Assembly (NCBI GenBank): GCA_004764695.1
Contig: SMSO01000014.1
Span: 4,288,845 to 4,352,844 of the forward strand
From: Schizochytrium sp. TIO01
Lineage: Eukaryota > Protista > Bigyra: Labyrinthulomycetes
Length of the DNA stretch: 64,000 bases
Direction: 5' to 3'
Shown: piece after piece, positions 1 to 11,280 of the stretch
Numbering within the stretch: the stretch's first letter is position 1
Layout: the number at the start of each line of letters is the position of its first letter
Made by a program: the position numbers and the translations under genes
The notes under the pieces: generated by a model
Database searches by the model: none
Told to the model about the DNA's origin: nothing
The model's input: the letters and a program-made list of their open reading frames with translations, nothing else

Positions 1-2
1 AG

Positions 3-2147
3 ATCTTCAGCCGCCTCAAGGCATCCAAAAGATCGTCACTGCGAAGTCCTCTCTCACCCTCTGCATCGAATTCTGCAACAGAGAACTTCGAAAGTATCGA
101 GTCTGGAGCCATGAACTCTGCAAATGCTGCAAACCTCACAAAATCAAGGCCAAGTGACATCCAGTCGCAGTTGAGTAGTTATGTGAACGCAGGCAAACAA
201 CAGAGCATGGTCATGAACGGTAGCCATGACTCAGGGTCGGCATACGAAAATAGCAATGCGGATGTAAGCCGAAACTCATCTACCAGCCACGCAAAGCTTA
301 AGAAAAGATTTCATCTTACGAAAGGGTTCAAGAAAAATATCATGCGCCAAAGGCCCCATGTCAATGAAGAAGCCGCCTCCGGAACTACCAGTCCTGTACA
401 TATGAACCAGCTCGCGTCGAGATCTGTGCCGGAAGATGAGTCTCGCGAAGGAAGCCCTCGAGGTTTACAACCCCCAGGAGTTGCGTCGGTGGGTTCGAGG
501 GAGTACAAAACCGGATTTGGAGCTAAAGACTCAGCTTCATCAATGGGAGAGAGCAACGGTGGAAGTCTTGGAGCTGCTTCGAAGAGAAAGAAACCCAGCA
601 ATATGCAGCGATTGAGAGACAAAATGATGGCTCGGGGCAAGCAACGTGGAGTTCTTGGTGCAAATGCATTACGACGGCATTCCAGACTGAGTAGTCTTAC
701 AAAGCACGGACACGAGGAAGATGACGATGAGGAGGAGGATGACGACCATCACGATGACGATGACAGTGACGAAGTCACGCAGATTGGTGCGTCAGAAGAA
801 GAGCTAGATGATGATGAAGATACAGGGGATGCTCAGGAGAACCATTCAGATATTGAAACTTATGGCAGGGCTCGTCAGGGATCTCCAGGAAACAGAACCG
901 CATTTTCGAACGGTAGTGCTACTATTGGCTTCAACACCAATAAAACTACAAACAACAGCAGGTTTGCAAGACAAGACCCCACCACTTCAACCTCTGATAA
1001 ATATTGTACAGAAGACGAATCTAGTGAATACAGCAAAAACATGCTCGGATCTGACTTAGACGCACTTGGACAGGTCTCCTCACAATCAAATGGCCGCCAA
1101 GCAAATTCTAACTTACCACCAGTTATGCGTTCACCGAACACTGCCAAATCACCCTCGCCAGATGGAGCTGCACGTCGCTCGCGGCGCTCCTCAATGGGCC
1201 CGATTCAGGGAGGGATACCTTTGGATTCCTTACCTAACATGCCGGCTACCGCTGGCGATCCTCGTCTAGAAGATGATATAGCCAGCGACGATGGCATGAG
1301 CTCCAGCACTCGTGGGGGGGTGTTTAGGGATCAACTTGATGAACACAGTCCAGGGCGTCTAGACGAGCCTCGATCATTTGCTTCTGGATCGTCGCACTCA
1401 AGTCGTGCACAAATGCGACATGAACTAGCAGATATGCTCAAGAAGTGGAATATCCCGCGGGAACAATGGCGCCTACCCACAGCCGACATCTCACCTGGAA
1501 GTGTTGATGAATTTGGCGGAGATAGTGATGCCGTTGCAGATCCCCGGCGAAACGAGTACCGCATTCGCAAGTTACAAGAGGAAAATGAAAGGTATAAGTC
1601 GCTTATTGCAAAGCGCAAGGTTGAACTCGATCGTGTTCATTCTTCCACCAAAACTAAGGTGAATGAACTGAAGGACATGATACGAAATTTGGAACGAAAA
1701 CTGGCATTTTATGATGCTAACGTTAACGAGAAACATGCCCAGATTAACGAACATTTCACACGCTTCAAGTCTGAAATGACTAACGATATCCGGGAAAAGG
1801 TTCGCAAGCAGTTGGAGTCACGAGAAGAAGATTATTATAATCTGATTGAACGGGTACAGCGCAGCATGACAATAATCTCTGATCATAATTCCGAGGGAAA
1901 TGGAATTATTCATGCGGTCATGCATCGGAGCATTGCACTGGTCATTTCCGGCGCAGGGACAATTGCGCATATCATTTCTATGCTTGTAGGAATGTTACTG
2001 GCTCCCTTTCTGTATGTTCTGAGCTTTTTCAAACGTACAGAAAATGTATCGTTACATCGCCAACGCCCTGGCATGCGGTCTCGCACAAGCAGTCAGTCCA
2101 GTGGATTTAGCAGGGCGAGCAGGATTAGCTCACGTGGGCTTTCTTAG
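3..2147 (+). CDS. Hypothetical low-complexity protein with C-terminal coiled coil and hydrophobic membrane segment (TMCC/TEX28-like architecture); probably 5'-truncated by the window edge
   Basis: 678-aa ORF from ATG 111, but the frame is open back to nt 3. Ser- and acidic-rich disordered N-terminus, heptad region (IRKLQEENERYKSLIAKRKVEL...), then hydrophobic IALVISGAGTIAHIISMLVGMLLAPFLYVLSFF. Confidence 0.75.
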   Translation: MFSRLKASKRSSLRSPLSPSASNSATENFESIESGAMNSANAANLTKSRPSDIQSQLSSYVNAGKQQSMVMNGSHDSGSAYENSNADVSRNSSTSHAKLKKRFHLTKGFKKNIMRQRPHVNEEAASGTTSPVHMNQLASRSVPEDESREGSPRGLQPPGVASVGSREYKTGFGAKDSASSMGESNGGSLGAASKRKKPSNMQRLRDKMMARGKQRGVLGANALRRHSRLSSLTKHGHEEDDDEEEDDDHHDDDDSDEVTQIGASEEELDDDEDTGDAQENHSDIETYGRARQGSPGNRTAFSNGSATIGFNTNKTTNNSRFARQDPTTSTSDKYCTEDESSEYSKNMLGSDLDALGQVSSQSNGRQANSNLPPVMRSPNTAKSPSPDGAARRSRRSSMGPIQGGIPLDSLPNMPATAGDPRLEDDIASDDGMSSSTRGGVFRDQLDEHSPGRLDEPRSFASGSSHSSRAQMRHELADMLKKWNIPREQWRLPTADISPGSVDEFGGDSDAVADPRRNEYRIRKLQEENERYKSLIAKRKVELDRVHSSTKTKVNELKDMIRNLERKLAFYDANVNEKHAQINEHFTRFKSEMTNDIREKVRKQLESREEDYYNLIERVQRSMTIISDHNSEGNGIIHAVMHRSIALVISGAGTIAHIISMLVGMLLAPFLYVLSFFKRTENVSLHRQRPGMRSRTSSQSSGFSRASRISSRGLS

Positions 2148-3532
2148 TCTCATATAGTTTGATGACTAACCCATGAAAGGGTGCAGCCTCTGTTTTTTTA
2201 TTGTTTTTTCATTTCAATTATGATACCATATTCTCCATGTTGCAAAGCTGCAATAGTTTACAATTTTCCTATGATCTCTCTTATTCGTGTGAACTAGACA
2301 TTCTTACGGAAGTGCGCTATGTTACATTTTGTCTCATTTCCACTGTTATCTTTTGTTGAAATGTTATTTGTAAAGTGGACAAACAATGGTAGTGATGGTT
2401 AAATTATATATTCCAACAAAAACACTACTCATATGCTGTTATTATTGAACCAAGCAAAATGAAAATAGGAAAGCCATTCTCCTTTCAATGATCAAAGCTG
2501 GTACTCAGTTGTATGTTTGGTATAATTATTTTACGAATTAATTAATCTTTATCAAACTACCAAGCAAACACAGCAAATTATTAGTTCTTTATCACTATCG
2601 ATTCATTTTCTTCATAAGATTGCCATGCAAATTGACTGCTTGATTGCCCTAGGACTCCAACTTTGACCTTGTAGTCTCATTTGAAGCATTCTAGGTGTTA
2701 CTGTTGGCAATTTCCCAGACTGGTCATACTATATACAACTAACCAAAAACGTTCAATATGGTATCTTTTTACCTAGTAATGATCTTGAGGCCACTTTTTC
2801 GTTAGTGAACCATTTAGTATCCTTAAAACGATAAACTTCTCCTGCTGGAATGAATTCTCAGCAAATGCAGTCTGGGGAAGACTTTTATCCGTTGACTGTA
2901 AGTTTATCTTAACTTTTTTTTCAATTAGGAGTATTCTACCTTTGTAGAAGATGTTTCACTACTTCATCGCTCGCTACTGCTTCTATGGAGGGGTATACCA
3001 GCGTGGCACTAATTTGGTGTTTGGAGATGAAGATGAGTTCTATGAAAATAGTATGCAGACAGAATTATGCATCGCGGCGGACTGCTACCCTTATTATTGA
3101 TTTATCAAAATCAGAATACCTTGGTATTACAATCATTATAATCATTACAATTTTTACTTGACTTTTATTTATTTATTTTAAAATTAAAAATAAAATTTAA
3201 TTAATTTTTTTCATTAAAAATAAAAATAAAAATAATATGATCTTATAAATAGGAAGCCTTAGATTGAAGCGAGTTACCAAGATGTAGAAGGATACCTGAA
3301 GAGCTTCTTTTTGAAGCAATCGCACGGTCTATCGATAATTTAAAAAAATAACAATTAAATCATTGCAGAGGGCGAGCACGAGCAACTTGCTCGTAAGAGA
3401 TAACTCTTGGTCGATTATATATATGGTCAACATCTTGGGAAGAAAACTTTAAAACACAAGATATTGTAGTATGTAAACCAAAAAAGAATTCATGATAGAT
3501 TAGGGATTATGTAAGTGTACATTCTAATTCAC

Positions 3533-5383
3533 CTAAAGCCTGCCAAAAGCAAAGAGGCCGCCAGCCATAGCAGCTGCCGCTACCACAAGTGCAGAGCGTG
3601 TACCGCTTGCTGCCGATGCCCCAGGGCCAGCAGTTGAGTAATCCTCCTTCATATTATATTCTTGCTTGATAAAATCCGCAGCACGCTCACCAATCATAAT
3701 CGAAGGAGCATTCGTATTACCTGAAATTACCTGAGGCATTACAGATGCATCAGCAATACGAAGCCCTTCTAAGCCGTAAACTCGAAGTCGCTCATCAACA
3801 ACTTTTCCAATCGCACAAGTGCATGCAGGATGATAAAGTGTCATAGCATAATGGCGCGCGTAATCAATCCAAAACTCATCATTCTCGAATCCTCCATGCT
3901 TTTCAAGGAGGTCGACAGGTAGAATAGGATCGCCAACTGTAATTTTTGCAAGTGATGGTGCACGTGCGATTTCCAAGGAACGGCGCATAGCCTTAGCCAG
4001 CTTGAGAGCATCACGATCATCTTTGAGGTAGTTGGAAATGATACGAGGGCTGGAGTTTGGATCCTTGTTACGAAGTTCGATGACGCCCTTGCTGTATGGG
4101 TGTAAAAGAGTAGTCAATAAAATGTAGCCTTCACTATCCGGTTCATAGTGTCCTTTCAGAAAGTTGATTCCAAAACGAAGGTTATTCTCGACACTATGCG
4201 GGTCACCAGGGGCTGCCACAGCACCGAGCTGGATATCAGGCCCACAACCAGGTTGTTCTGCAGCCCATTCGGGAGTCTTGTAAAATGCCGTGACGTCATA
4301 AGCACCAGTAGACAGTAGTCCAGTGCCCCAGATTCCCCACTCCGCAAGACACTGCAACCTTTCTGCTCTTGAAGTATTAACAGACGGCGAATCCTTGCAC
4401 TGGAAAGAAATATAGCCATTGATATGGTCTTCGAGGTTGCGACCAACATCTGGCATGTCCTTGATGCAGGGAACCCCCACCTTTTCGAGATGTTCACGAG
4501 GTCCAAGTCCCGACAGCAACATTACTTTGGGAGTATCAATTGCTCCACAGGAGAGAATGACCTCTCGCCGTGCCCAAACACTACGTCCAGCTCCAATACC
4601 AGAGACCTTGTAGTCACCTACTTCAACACCCAGTACTTTGGTCTGATCGGCGTTGAAAAGCAGACGCTTAGCATATGCGTTCGTCATGATGGTAAGATTG
4701 CTGCGATTGGATGCCGGCTGTAGAAACGCGGTGGCGGTATCACAGCGAGCACCATCACGGATGGTTTGGGCGAGTAGACCGACAACACCGTCCATCTCGC
4801 GGCCGTTGTAGTCAGCATGCTTAAAGCCTACCTCCACGGCAGCACGCACATAGCGTTTAATGATATCGAGCGGTGGACGCACTGAAGTAGTTAGGGGTCC
4901 TCCACGGCCGTGATATTCATTCTCGATCGGTGCTTCTTCATTGTCCATGACCCGGCAATCCTCAGATTTGATGAAATACGGTAAGACATCCTTGTAGCTC
5001 CAACCCTTGGCGCCCATACGCTCCCAGGTGTCAAAGTCCTCTTTTGCACCACGGACATAGGCCATGTAATTGAGGATTGAGGAACCTCCCAAGCATCGCC
5101 CACGAGGGATATATGAGCTTTTGTTTTGGAGACCCTTAAATGCATATTCGCCGCAAGGCTCGGTAGAATATCCCCAATCTCGCTCACTATTTTGCATCTT
5201 CGCAGCTGCGGCCGGGATTTTAGCATCAATCTCCGAAGCTTCACCTCCTGCTTCGATAAGTAGAACCGAGACATTTTTGTCTTCACTCAATCTGGCCGCT
5301 AGCGTCGCACCAGCACTGCCGCCTCCAATCACAATGAAGTCATACGAAGCATTCGCACCCTGTATCGGCGTTACCGTCTTCAT
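3533..5383 (-). CDS. GMC oxidoreductase (choline/alcohol dehydrogenase-like), copy 1
   Basis: FAD-binding YDFIVIGGGSAG, GRCLGGSSILN, EVILSCGAIDTP, catalytic YHPACTC and SGNTNAP; hydrophobic C-terminal tail ending GRL. Confidence 0.95.
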   Translation of the reverse strand: MKTVTPIQGANASYDFIVIGGGSAGATLAARLSEDKNVSVLLIEAGGEASEIDAKIPAAAAKMQNSERDWGYSTEPCGEYAFKGLQNKSSYIPRGRCLGGSSILNYMAYVRGAKEDFDTWERMGAKGWSYKDVLPYFIKSEDCRVMDNEEAPIENEYHGRGGPLTTSVRPPLDIIKRYVRAAVEVGFKHADYNGREMDGVVGLLAQTIRDGARCDTATAFLQPASNRSNLTIMTNAYAKRLLFNADQTKVLGVEVGDYKVSGIGAGRSVWARREVILSCGAIDTPKVMLLSGLGPREHLEKVGVPCIKDMPDVGRNLEDHINGYISFQCKDSPSVNTSRAERLQCLAEWGIWGTGLLSTGAYDVTAFYKTPEWAAEQPGCGPDIQLGAVAAPGDPHSVENNLRFGINFLKGHYEPDSEGYILLTTLLHPYSKGVIELRNKDPNSSPRIISNYLKDDRDALKLAKAMRRSLEIARAPSLAKITVGDPILPVDLLEKHGGFENDEFWIDYARHYAMTLYHPACTCAIGKVVDERLRVYGLEGLRIADASVMPQVISGNTNAPSIMIGERAADFIKQEYNMKEDYSTAGPGASAASGTRSALVVAAAAMAGGLFAFGRL

Positions 5384-6729
5384 GATGCTCTTCTCTTTCG
5401 TTTATTTGTCCTTGCACTCCTTCACTCACCAAGATCAGTCTTAGATTTCCACCCAAACGACTGTAATGTATGCAAAGATTAAATTCTGTACACAAAGTGA
5501 TACAGCAACCTGATCTCGTAAATGCGGTTCTGCAGACAACCAATCTCTGCGAGCCTGATTATCCACTGATGCTGTTGAAATCTTCTTATTTGGCCGTATA
5601 CTTCACTTACGCCACACCTTTAAAGTGAGCTATATATATATAGTACATAGTGCATTTTGGAGTAATCTACAAATGATTTATAGCGGCCGGTGCAGATCTC
5701 TGCTTCCGTCCGACGCCCCCGGGTTAAAAAACGACTCGAGCTTGACAAACGTCAAGTTAGCATTCAGACATCTTTTACATTGAGCTCAAATTCGACACCG
5801 TCAATGAAAACGGTTTGTTGATTTCGCAACCTTGTGTCGCTGATGCAACCTAGTAGAGGGTTTAAGCATCACTGATATTTATTTTATTTTATTTTAAAAT
5901 TAAAACTTAGTTTAAAATTAAAATTATAAAAAATCTAAGGAAAGAACGTGGAGGATAAAATAAAACAAAAGGTATTCTCAAACTAGCTCAAACTTCATTC
6001 TTCAAGTTCTCTGCGGCCCCAATTCGAATGCATGGTTCCCAATCCTAATCCGCCAGCCCAATTTTGGATCTGTCAGGTGTCGTCTGATCCGCCCGCACAT
6101 TGGTGTCGCAATCTGTCGTTCAAGTGGTCTAAGCCACTTTTGGTAGTAAACTTACTGCAAAACCAACTCAAGTTAAAGCAATTCACTCATAAGAATACAA
6201 ACCTGAAGAACTAATCGCAACCCACTTCAAGGTTACGTCGAGGCCTCTGGTGGACATAGAAACACCAGGAAACAGCTCAGTGTGGCACGGCTTGAAAGGT
6301 AGGCAGGCAGCTAAGCACTTACGTATCGTTTAGCAAATAGGATCTTCGTAAGGCAGGTAATTGTCTAGGCACCTGTACCGACCTAGTATCACATTCGATG
6401 ATGCTTGGTCTTTGAATGATAGAAAGAACAGACTAAAGATTTCAAGGTGCTTTTCATTCGCTCTAGTCAGAGGGCTGCTTGCGCCTTTCGATCAGTTCTT
6501 TAAGTTAGGTAGACGCCCCAGTCAAGACATTTCGCTCGTACGATGCGAGCTTTTAACATGATCACTTATTAGACATCATGGTAGGCGCCTACCTGCCTAT
6601 CCATACTCATGAAACTAGCGCGTTTGACAGACAAGATCGCACGGCTCTAGCAAAGGCATTTGCTTGTCTGATTTTCAATAGTTATTCATCATCAAATAAC
6701 ACAGGATATGTTTATCTGAAGGAGCAGAG

Positions 6730-8583
6730 TTAGAGCTTGGCAGTAAGCAACATGCCAGCACTCCCAACAATAGCTGCTGCAGCAGCTATAAGAGAGGCGT
6801 TAACAGTAAAGCGTGGTCGCGGAGCCCCTGTGAAAATATGAGTCTCCATGTTGTAGTCCTCTTTAATCAGGTCTGCTGCCTTTTCGCCAATCATTATAGT
6901 TGGGGCATTTGTATTGCCTGACGTGATTTGAGGCATCACCGAGGCATCTGCAATGCGAAGGCCCTTCACTCCGTACACACGGAGGCGTTCGTCAACGACT
7001 TTACCTATTGCACATGTGCATGCAGGATGATACAGCGTCATAGCGTAGTGACGGGCGTAGTCAACCCAAAACTCATCATTCTCGCATCCACCGTGTTTTT
7101 GGAGTAGATCTGCTGGGAGGTGTGGGTCTTTTGGAGTTATTTCTGCCAGGGATGGAGCACGGGCAATCTCTAACGCTCGACGCATTGCTTTGGCTAGCTT
7201 GAGCGCATCACGGTTGTCCTTCAGAAAATTAGAGACAATTCGAGGCTTGTCGCTAGGATCCCTACTACGAAGCTCCACAAATCCTTTCGTGTACGGGTGC
7301 AACAATGTAACGAGCAGCAAGTAACCTTCGCTCCCTGGCTCATAATGACCTTTCATGAAATTTTTGGCGTAACGTAGATTCTTTTCATAATGGTGTGGAT
7401 TGCCTGGGGCTGCAACAATTCCGAGTTGAACATCTGGACCTAGATCAGGCTCTTCCTGTGCCCATTCAGGAGTCTTGTAAAATGCAGTGGCGTCATAAAT
7501 GCCGGAAGACAGCAAGCCGGTCCCCCAAAATGCCCATTGAAGAATACCGCTGAGCCTTTCGGCTCGAATAGAATTTACCGACTCAGCGCCTTTGCAGGGC
7601 AATGCAACATAGGCATTGATATGGTCCTCAAGATTTTGTCCAACGTCTGGCATATCTTTAACACAATCTATTCCTATTTTCTCGAGGTGTCCGCGAGGTC
7701 CAATTCCAGATAGCAGCATAAGCTTTGGCGTATCGAGTGCGCCGCACGAAAGAATCACTTCCCGGCGAGCCCACACGGGGTATGAAGTGCCAATTTCATT
7801 CACTTTGCACTTTGCAACCTCAACACCTATTACTTTGTTGCAATCTTTATCACTATAAATTAGACATTTGGCGAACGCATTCGTCATAATGGTCAAATTC
7901 TTGCGATTTGCGGCAGGTTTTAGAAAAGCCACAGATGTATCGCATCGAGAGCCATCGCGAATCGTTTGTGCAAGCAAGCTAACAACTCCATCCATTTCTT
8001 CACCATTATAATCGGCGTATTTGAAACCAACCTCACAAGCTGCCTGAACAAAACGCTGAACGATTTCTAAAGGTCGGCGTATTGATGTAGCAAGTGGACC
8101 ACCAGAACCATGGAACTTACTCTCAAGTGGAGCCTCCCTGCAATTTGCGATGTGGCAATCCTCTGATTTCATGAAATACGGTAAGACATCCTTGTAGCTC
8201 CATCCTAAGGCGCCCATACGTTCCCATGTATCAAAGTCTTCCTTAGCACCTCGCACGTAGGCCATTAGATTGATAACGGATGATCCTCCTAAGCAACGGC
8301 CGCGAGGCATGTATGTACTCTTGTTTTGGAGACCTTTGAATGCGTGTTCTCCGCATGGCTCCGAGGAGTATCCCCAATCCCGTCTGCTATTCTGCAGTTT
8401 TGCAGCGGCTGCTGGAATTTTAGCCTGTACCTCAGTTGCTTCATCCCCGGCCTCAATTAGCAGTACCGATACGTTTTCGTCTTCGCTAAGTCTTGCTGCA
8501 AGCGTTGCACCAGCACTGCCAGAGCCAACAACCACAAAATCATATGAAGCGTTGGCGCCCTCTTCCAGTGCTACAGTTCTCAT
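6730..8583 (-). CDS. GMC oxidoreductase, copy 2 (tandem paralog)
   Basis: Same motifs as copy 1 and co-linear with it. ATG at 8583 (MRTVALEEGANASYDF) aligns with the copy-1 start (MKTVTPIQGANASYDF); the ORF-track start at 8619 is non-ATG. Ends AKL. Confidence 0.95.
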   Translation of the reverse strand: MRTVALEEGANASYDFVVVGSGSAGATLAARLSEDENVSVLLIEAGDEATEVQAKIPAAAAKLQNSRRDWGYSSEPCGEHAFKGLQNKSTYMPRGRCLGGSSVINLMAYVRGAKEDFDTWERMGALGWSYKDVLPYFMKSEDCHIANCREAPLESKFHGSGGPLATSIRRPLEIVQRFVQAACEVGFKYADYNGEEMDGVVSLLAQTIRDGSRCDTSVAFLKPAANRKNLTIMTNAFAKCLIYSDKDCNKVIGVEVAKCKVNEIGTSYPVWARREVILSCGALDTPKLMLLSGIGPRGHLEKIGIDCVKDMPDVGQNLEDHINAYVALPCKGAESVNSIRAERLSGILQWAFWGTGLLSSGIYDATAFYKTPEWAQEEPDLGPDVQLGIVAAPGNPHHYEKNLRYAKNFMKGHYEPGSEGYLLLVTLLHPYTKGFVELRSRDPSDKPRIVSNFLKDNRDALKLAKAMRRALEIARAPSLAEITPKDPHLPADLLQKHGGCENDEFWVDYARHYAMTLYHPACTCAIGKVVDERLRVYGVKGLRIADASVMPQITSGNTNAPTIMIGEKAADLIKEDYNMETHIFTGAPRPRFTVNASLIAAAAAIVGSAGMLLTAKL

Positions 8584-9704
8584 GATTGATTTTGCGTTGT
8601 GGTTCTCCTGCGCAAACAATCCTCCTGAAGTTGGGTGTCAGTCACCACCTTTGCAGCAGGAGCAGCATTCAAACCAACTTCGGGATAGGGGTTTGCAATT
8701 GAAGTTCTGCAAGTCCCTCTTTGCCTGTGTGCTGCAAGCCACCAGGACAAAAACATCACCGTATCATAGCATAATGATAGGAGCAGTAGTAGTAGTTCGG
8801 AAAATCCTCTTCTTGCAGAGAGGTTTGGTGTATATATTTGTTACAAAAGCTGATGTTATCTAACTTATTTTATACTCACTTTTAGTGCACAATTAGGATC
8901 TAGGCCCTACTACCTATCCAGTACTTGCAGATTGCGAATCAGCTTGACTTTTTTCTGAGTTACTTGCATACCTTTATTTTTCCAATGGATCTGCGCGTTG
9001 CGCCGATACTTGAGTAGATCACATAAACTATTCAGTCAGAGTTAACTCTTTTCATGCCATTTTTTAAAGTTGAAATAGAAAGCAAAATAAATTCTGCATT
9101 TTTCTGCCACAGCCTGTCAGCGTCTGGCACAGGAGGTACCTTAGGTACTCGTTTGAAAGAGAGACTTGGTGCAACTACAGCAGGTATTCTCGCTTGGGTA
9201 TGCTGGTTTCGAAAGAATAGAGAGAAGCACGGTTTGCACACTTTTAGCTATGTTACCTCTTCCTTTAGAAAAGTCTCTAAAAGAAGGTCTCACATCGCCA
9301 GATTCACCACCACTTTCTGCAGGTTCTCACATAGCCACAAGTGCATCAAAGATCGGTGACGGAGTTTCTGACGGTGACCGTCTCGAGGTCGAACCATGAG
9401 GTCAGTAAAACTCTTTTCTGAAGCATGAGAATTGGTTCTGGTGTGGTGTGCACAACGATGGTCCCTATTGCAGTCTCACATGTGGGGAACACTGCAACAT
9501 AAGTCTCATGATTTCACCAAGCAAAAGAGCTGTCTTAAGACATAAATGCATCTCAGAGGGGATGAACGAGCGCTGGATCTTTGGACTGTCCAGACAGCTT
9601 AATTTGATGCCTAATGATGTTCATAAAGAAGGTCGATGCGGGATAGGTAGTGAGCGATTGATTTTAAATAAAAAAGAATATCAATCATAGCTGACCAGTT
9701 CGTT

Positions 9705-9731
<27 letters not shown>
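9705..9731 (+). repeat. Poly(A) tract, 27 nt
   Basis: Read directly; AATAAA lies about 30 nt upstream. Confidence 0.95.
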
Positions 9732-9739
<8 letters not shown>

Positions 9740-11145
9740 CAAGCCTTCAAATTGCTCCTATGTACATGTTCAATTTTCGAAAAACGTGGCGTGGAAGTTG
9801 GACGATGGTTTTAGGGGTTTGAAGGTGAAATTGATTCAATCCAGCTGTTTTGAACAGAACTAAATAAACGTTTCTTAGAATTAAACATTATCAAATGGGA
9901 CTACTTCACATCAGGACGTCCAAGCTAAGTCTTCGACTTGGTATCTAGCTCGACAAGAAGCGCACTGCTAGCAGAGGAGATGTGTAAAGAAGTTATCAAA
10001 AATGCTGTGTTGGATTATGTATAACCTTTGACTCCTATACAGGCGCTGTTTTGTTAAACATCCAGAACTCGCCAGAGACATATGAAAGTGCAACTTTAAT
10101 GAATTAAAAAAGGGTCTTGTTATAGCCTGTATTGTGTAACATAGTTTAATCTTCTTCGATTGTCTATATATAAAATGCTGCCAGCACAATCTTTTAAAAC
10201 AATCACAGCGTCGCACATTGTTCCCTATCCTCGTTCAAAATAGGGATTAGCGTGTATAACTTTTTGTCGCCATTCTCAGTTTGAGACCAAATTTATCCTT
10301 ATATAGAACGTTAAAGTTCTATAGGGGAGTAACATGAGAACGTCGATATGCAGTAGGGCCTGGTTTGGCTTAAAATAGTCGCAAATATAAAAAAAGTTTG
10401 ACTGAACTTAATTTGTTGATTTATTTCAACCTGGACAGCAGCAAGTCTCAAAATACCCGGACCCAAAATATTTATATTCTTCTTTTTCGCTCATGATTAA
10501 ACTCGACAGACACATATCTATAAAGATGTCAAGATCGCCAACGTTTTAGAAAGCTCCCAAGGCCTCTACGCAAGTTATTGCTGCGATCATGAACCAATTG
10601 AAGAATTATATAACCTTGCCTAGATAGAACACAGTGATAGTGTTGTCTTTACTTGGGTGCTCTTTCACAAAAAGAGCCGTGAAATTCTAGTGTCACTCTT
10701 TTATGAGCCCACTAAATAGAATCGGTGTGATTACTCACAGCAGCTTCTAAAGAACTTCAAGTAACAAGCATCGCCTGTTAGTACGAAACCCTGGAGTAGA
10801 GTTTTGTACCACCAACAAAATGAATCAGGAAGGTTACATCAGGGAACTTCATCCCTGCTTTGAATGTACTACCTTGAGAGAGCTGACAATCTCATCTCAA
10901 TATTTCTGCAATTCAACTTAGGGACTTTCGCCACCATGTCACATTGCTTGGTTTCTTTGTTTCTTTGTTTGAGCCTGTGAGGTTCTAGGGAGAGAGCTTC
11001 TCATCATGTTCTAGATTTGGCGTTGATGAATGTTCTAAATCACATTTGGTTGAGTCTACCCTCTAAATCGCAAATGCTTTGGTCAGACCAAATTCCGACC
11101 CAAGCTCTAGTTTTTAGGTTTGCTGCATCTGTCAAAACGACCATC

Positions 11146-11167
11146 TTTTTTTTTTTTTTTTTTTTTT
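11146..11167 (+). repeat. Poly(T) tract, 22 nt
   Basis: Read directly. Confidence 0.95.
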
Positions 11168-11280
11168 AAAGAATTCATGACAAGGAATAGGGGACTATGA
11201 CCGGTTTGTTTTAACTTCAGAAAATGATGTTATTCGTAATTTGAGCTACAAGGAGTGTCGTACTAAGAGTACAAATGCTT

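Noticed and set aside
10441-10863. Protein-like + frame (HIYKDVKIANVLE...REILVSLFYE) as a pseudogene or TAA/TAG-recoded gene
   Set aside because: About 5 stops in 140 codons is close to random expectation, and real genes here end in TAA/TAG, so recoding is unsupported.
3483-11199. Shared aaagaattcatga...tagggattatg-like motif downstream of two minus-strand ORFs
   Set aside because: A 13-bp exact match is expected by chance in 64 kb, and there are only two instances.
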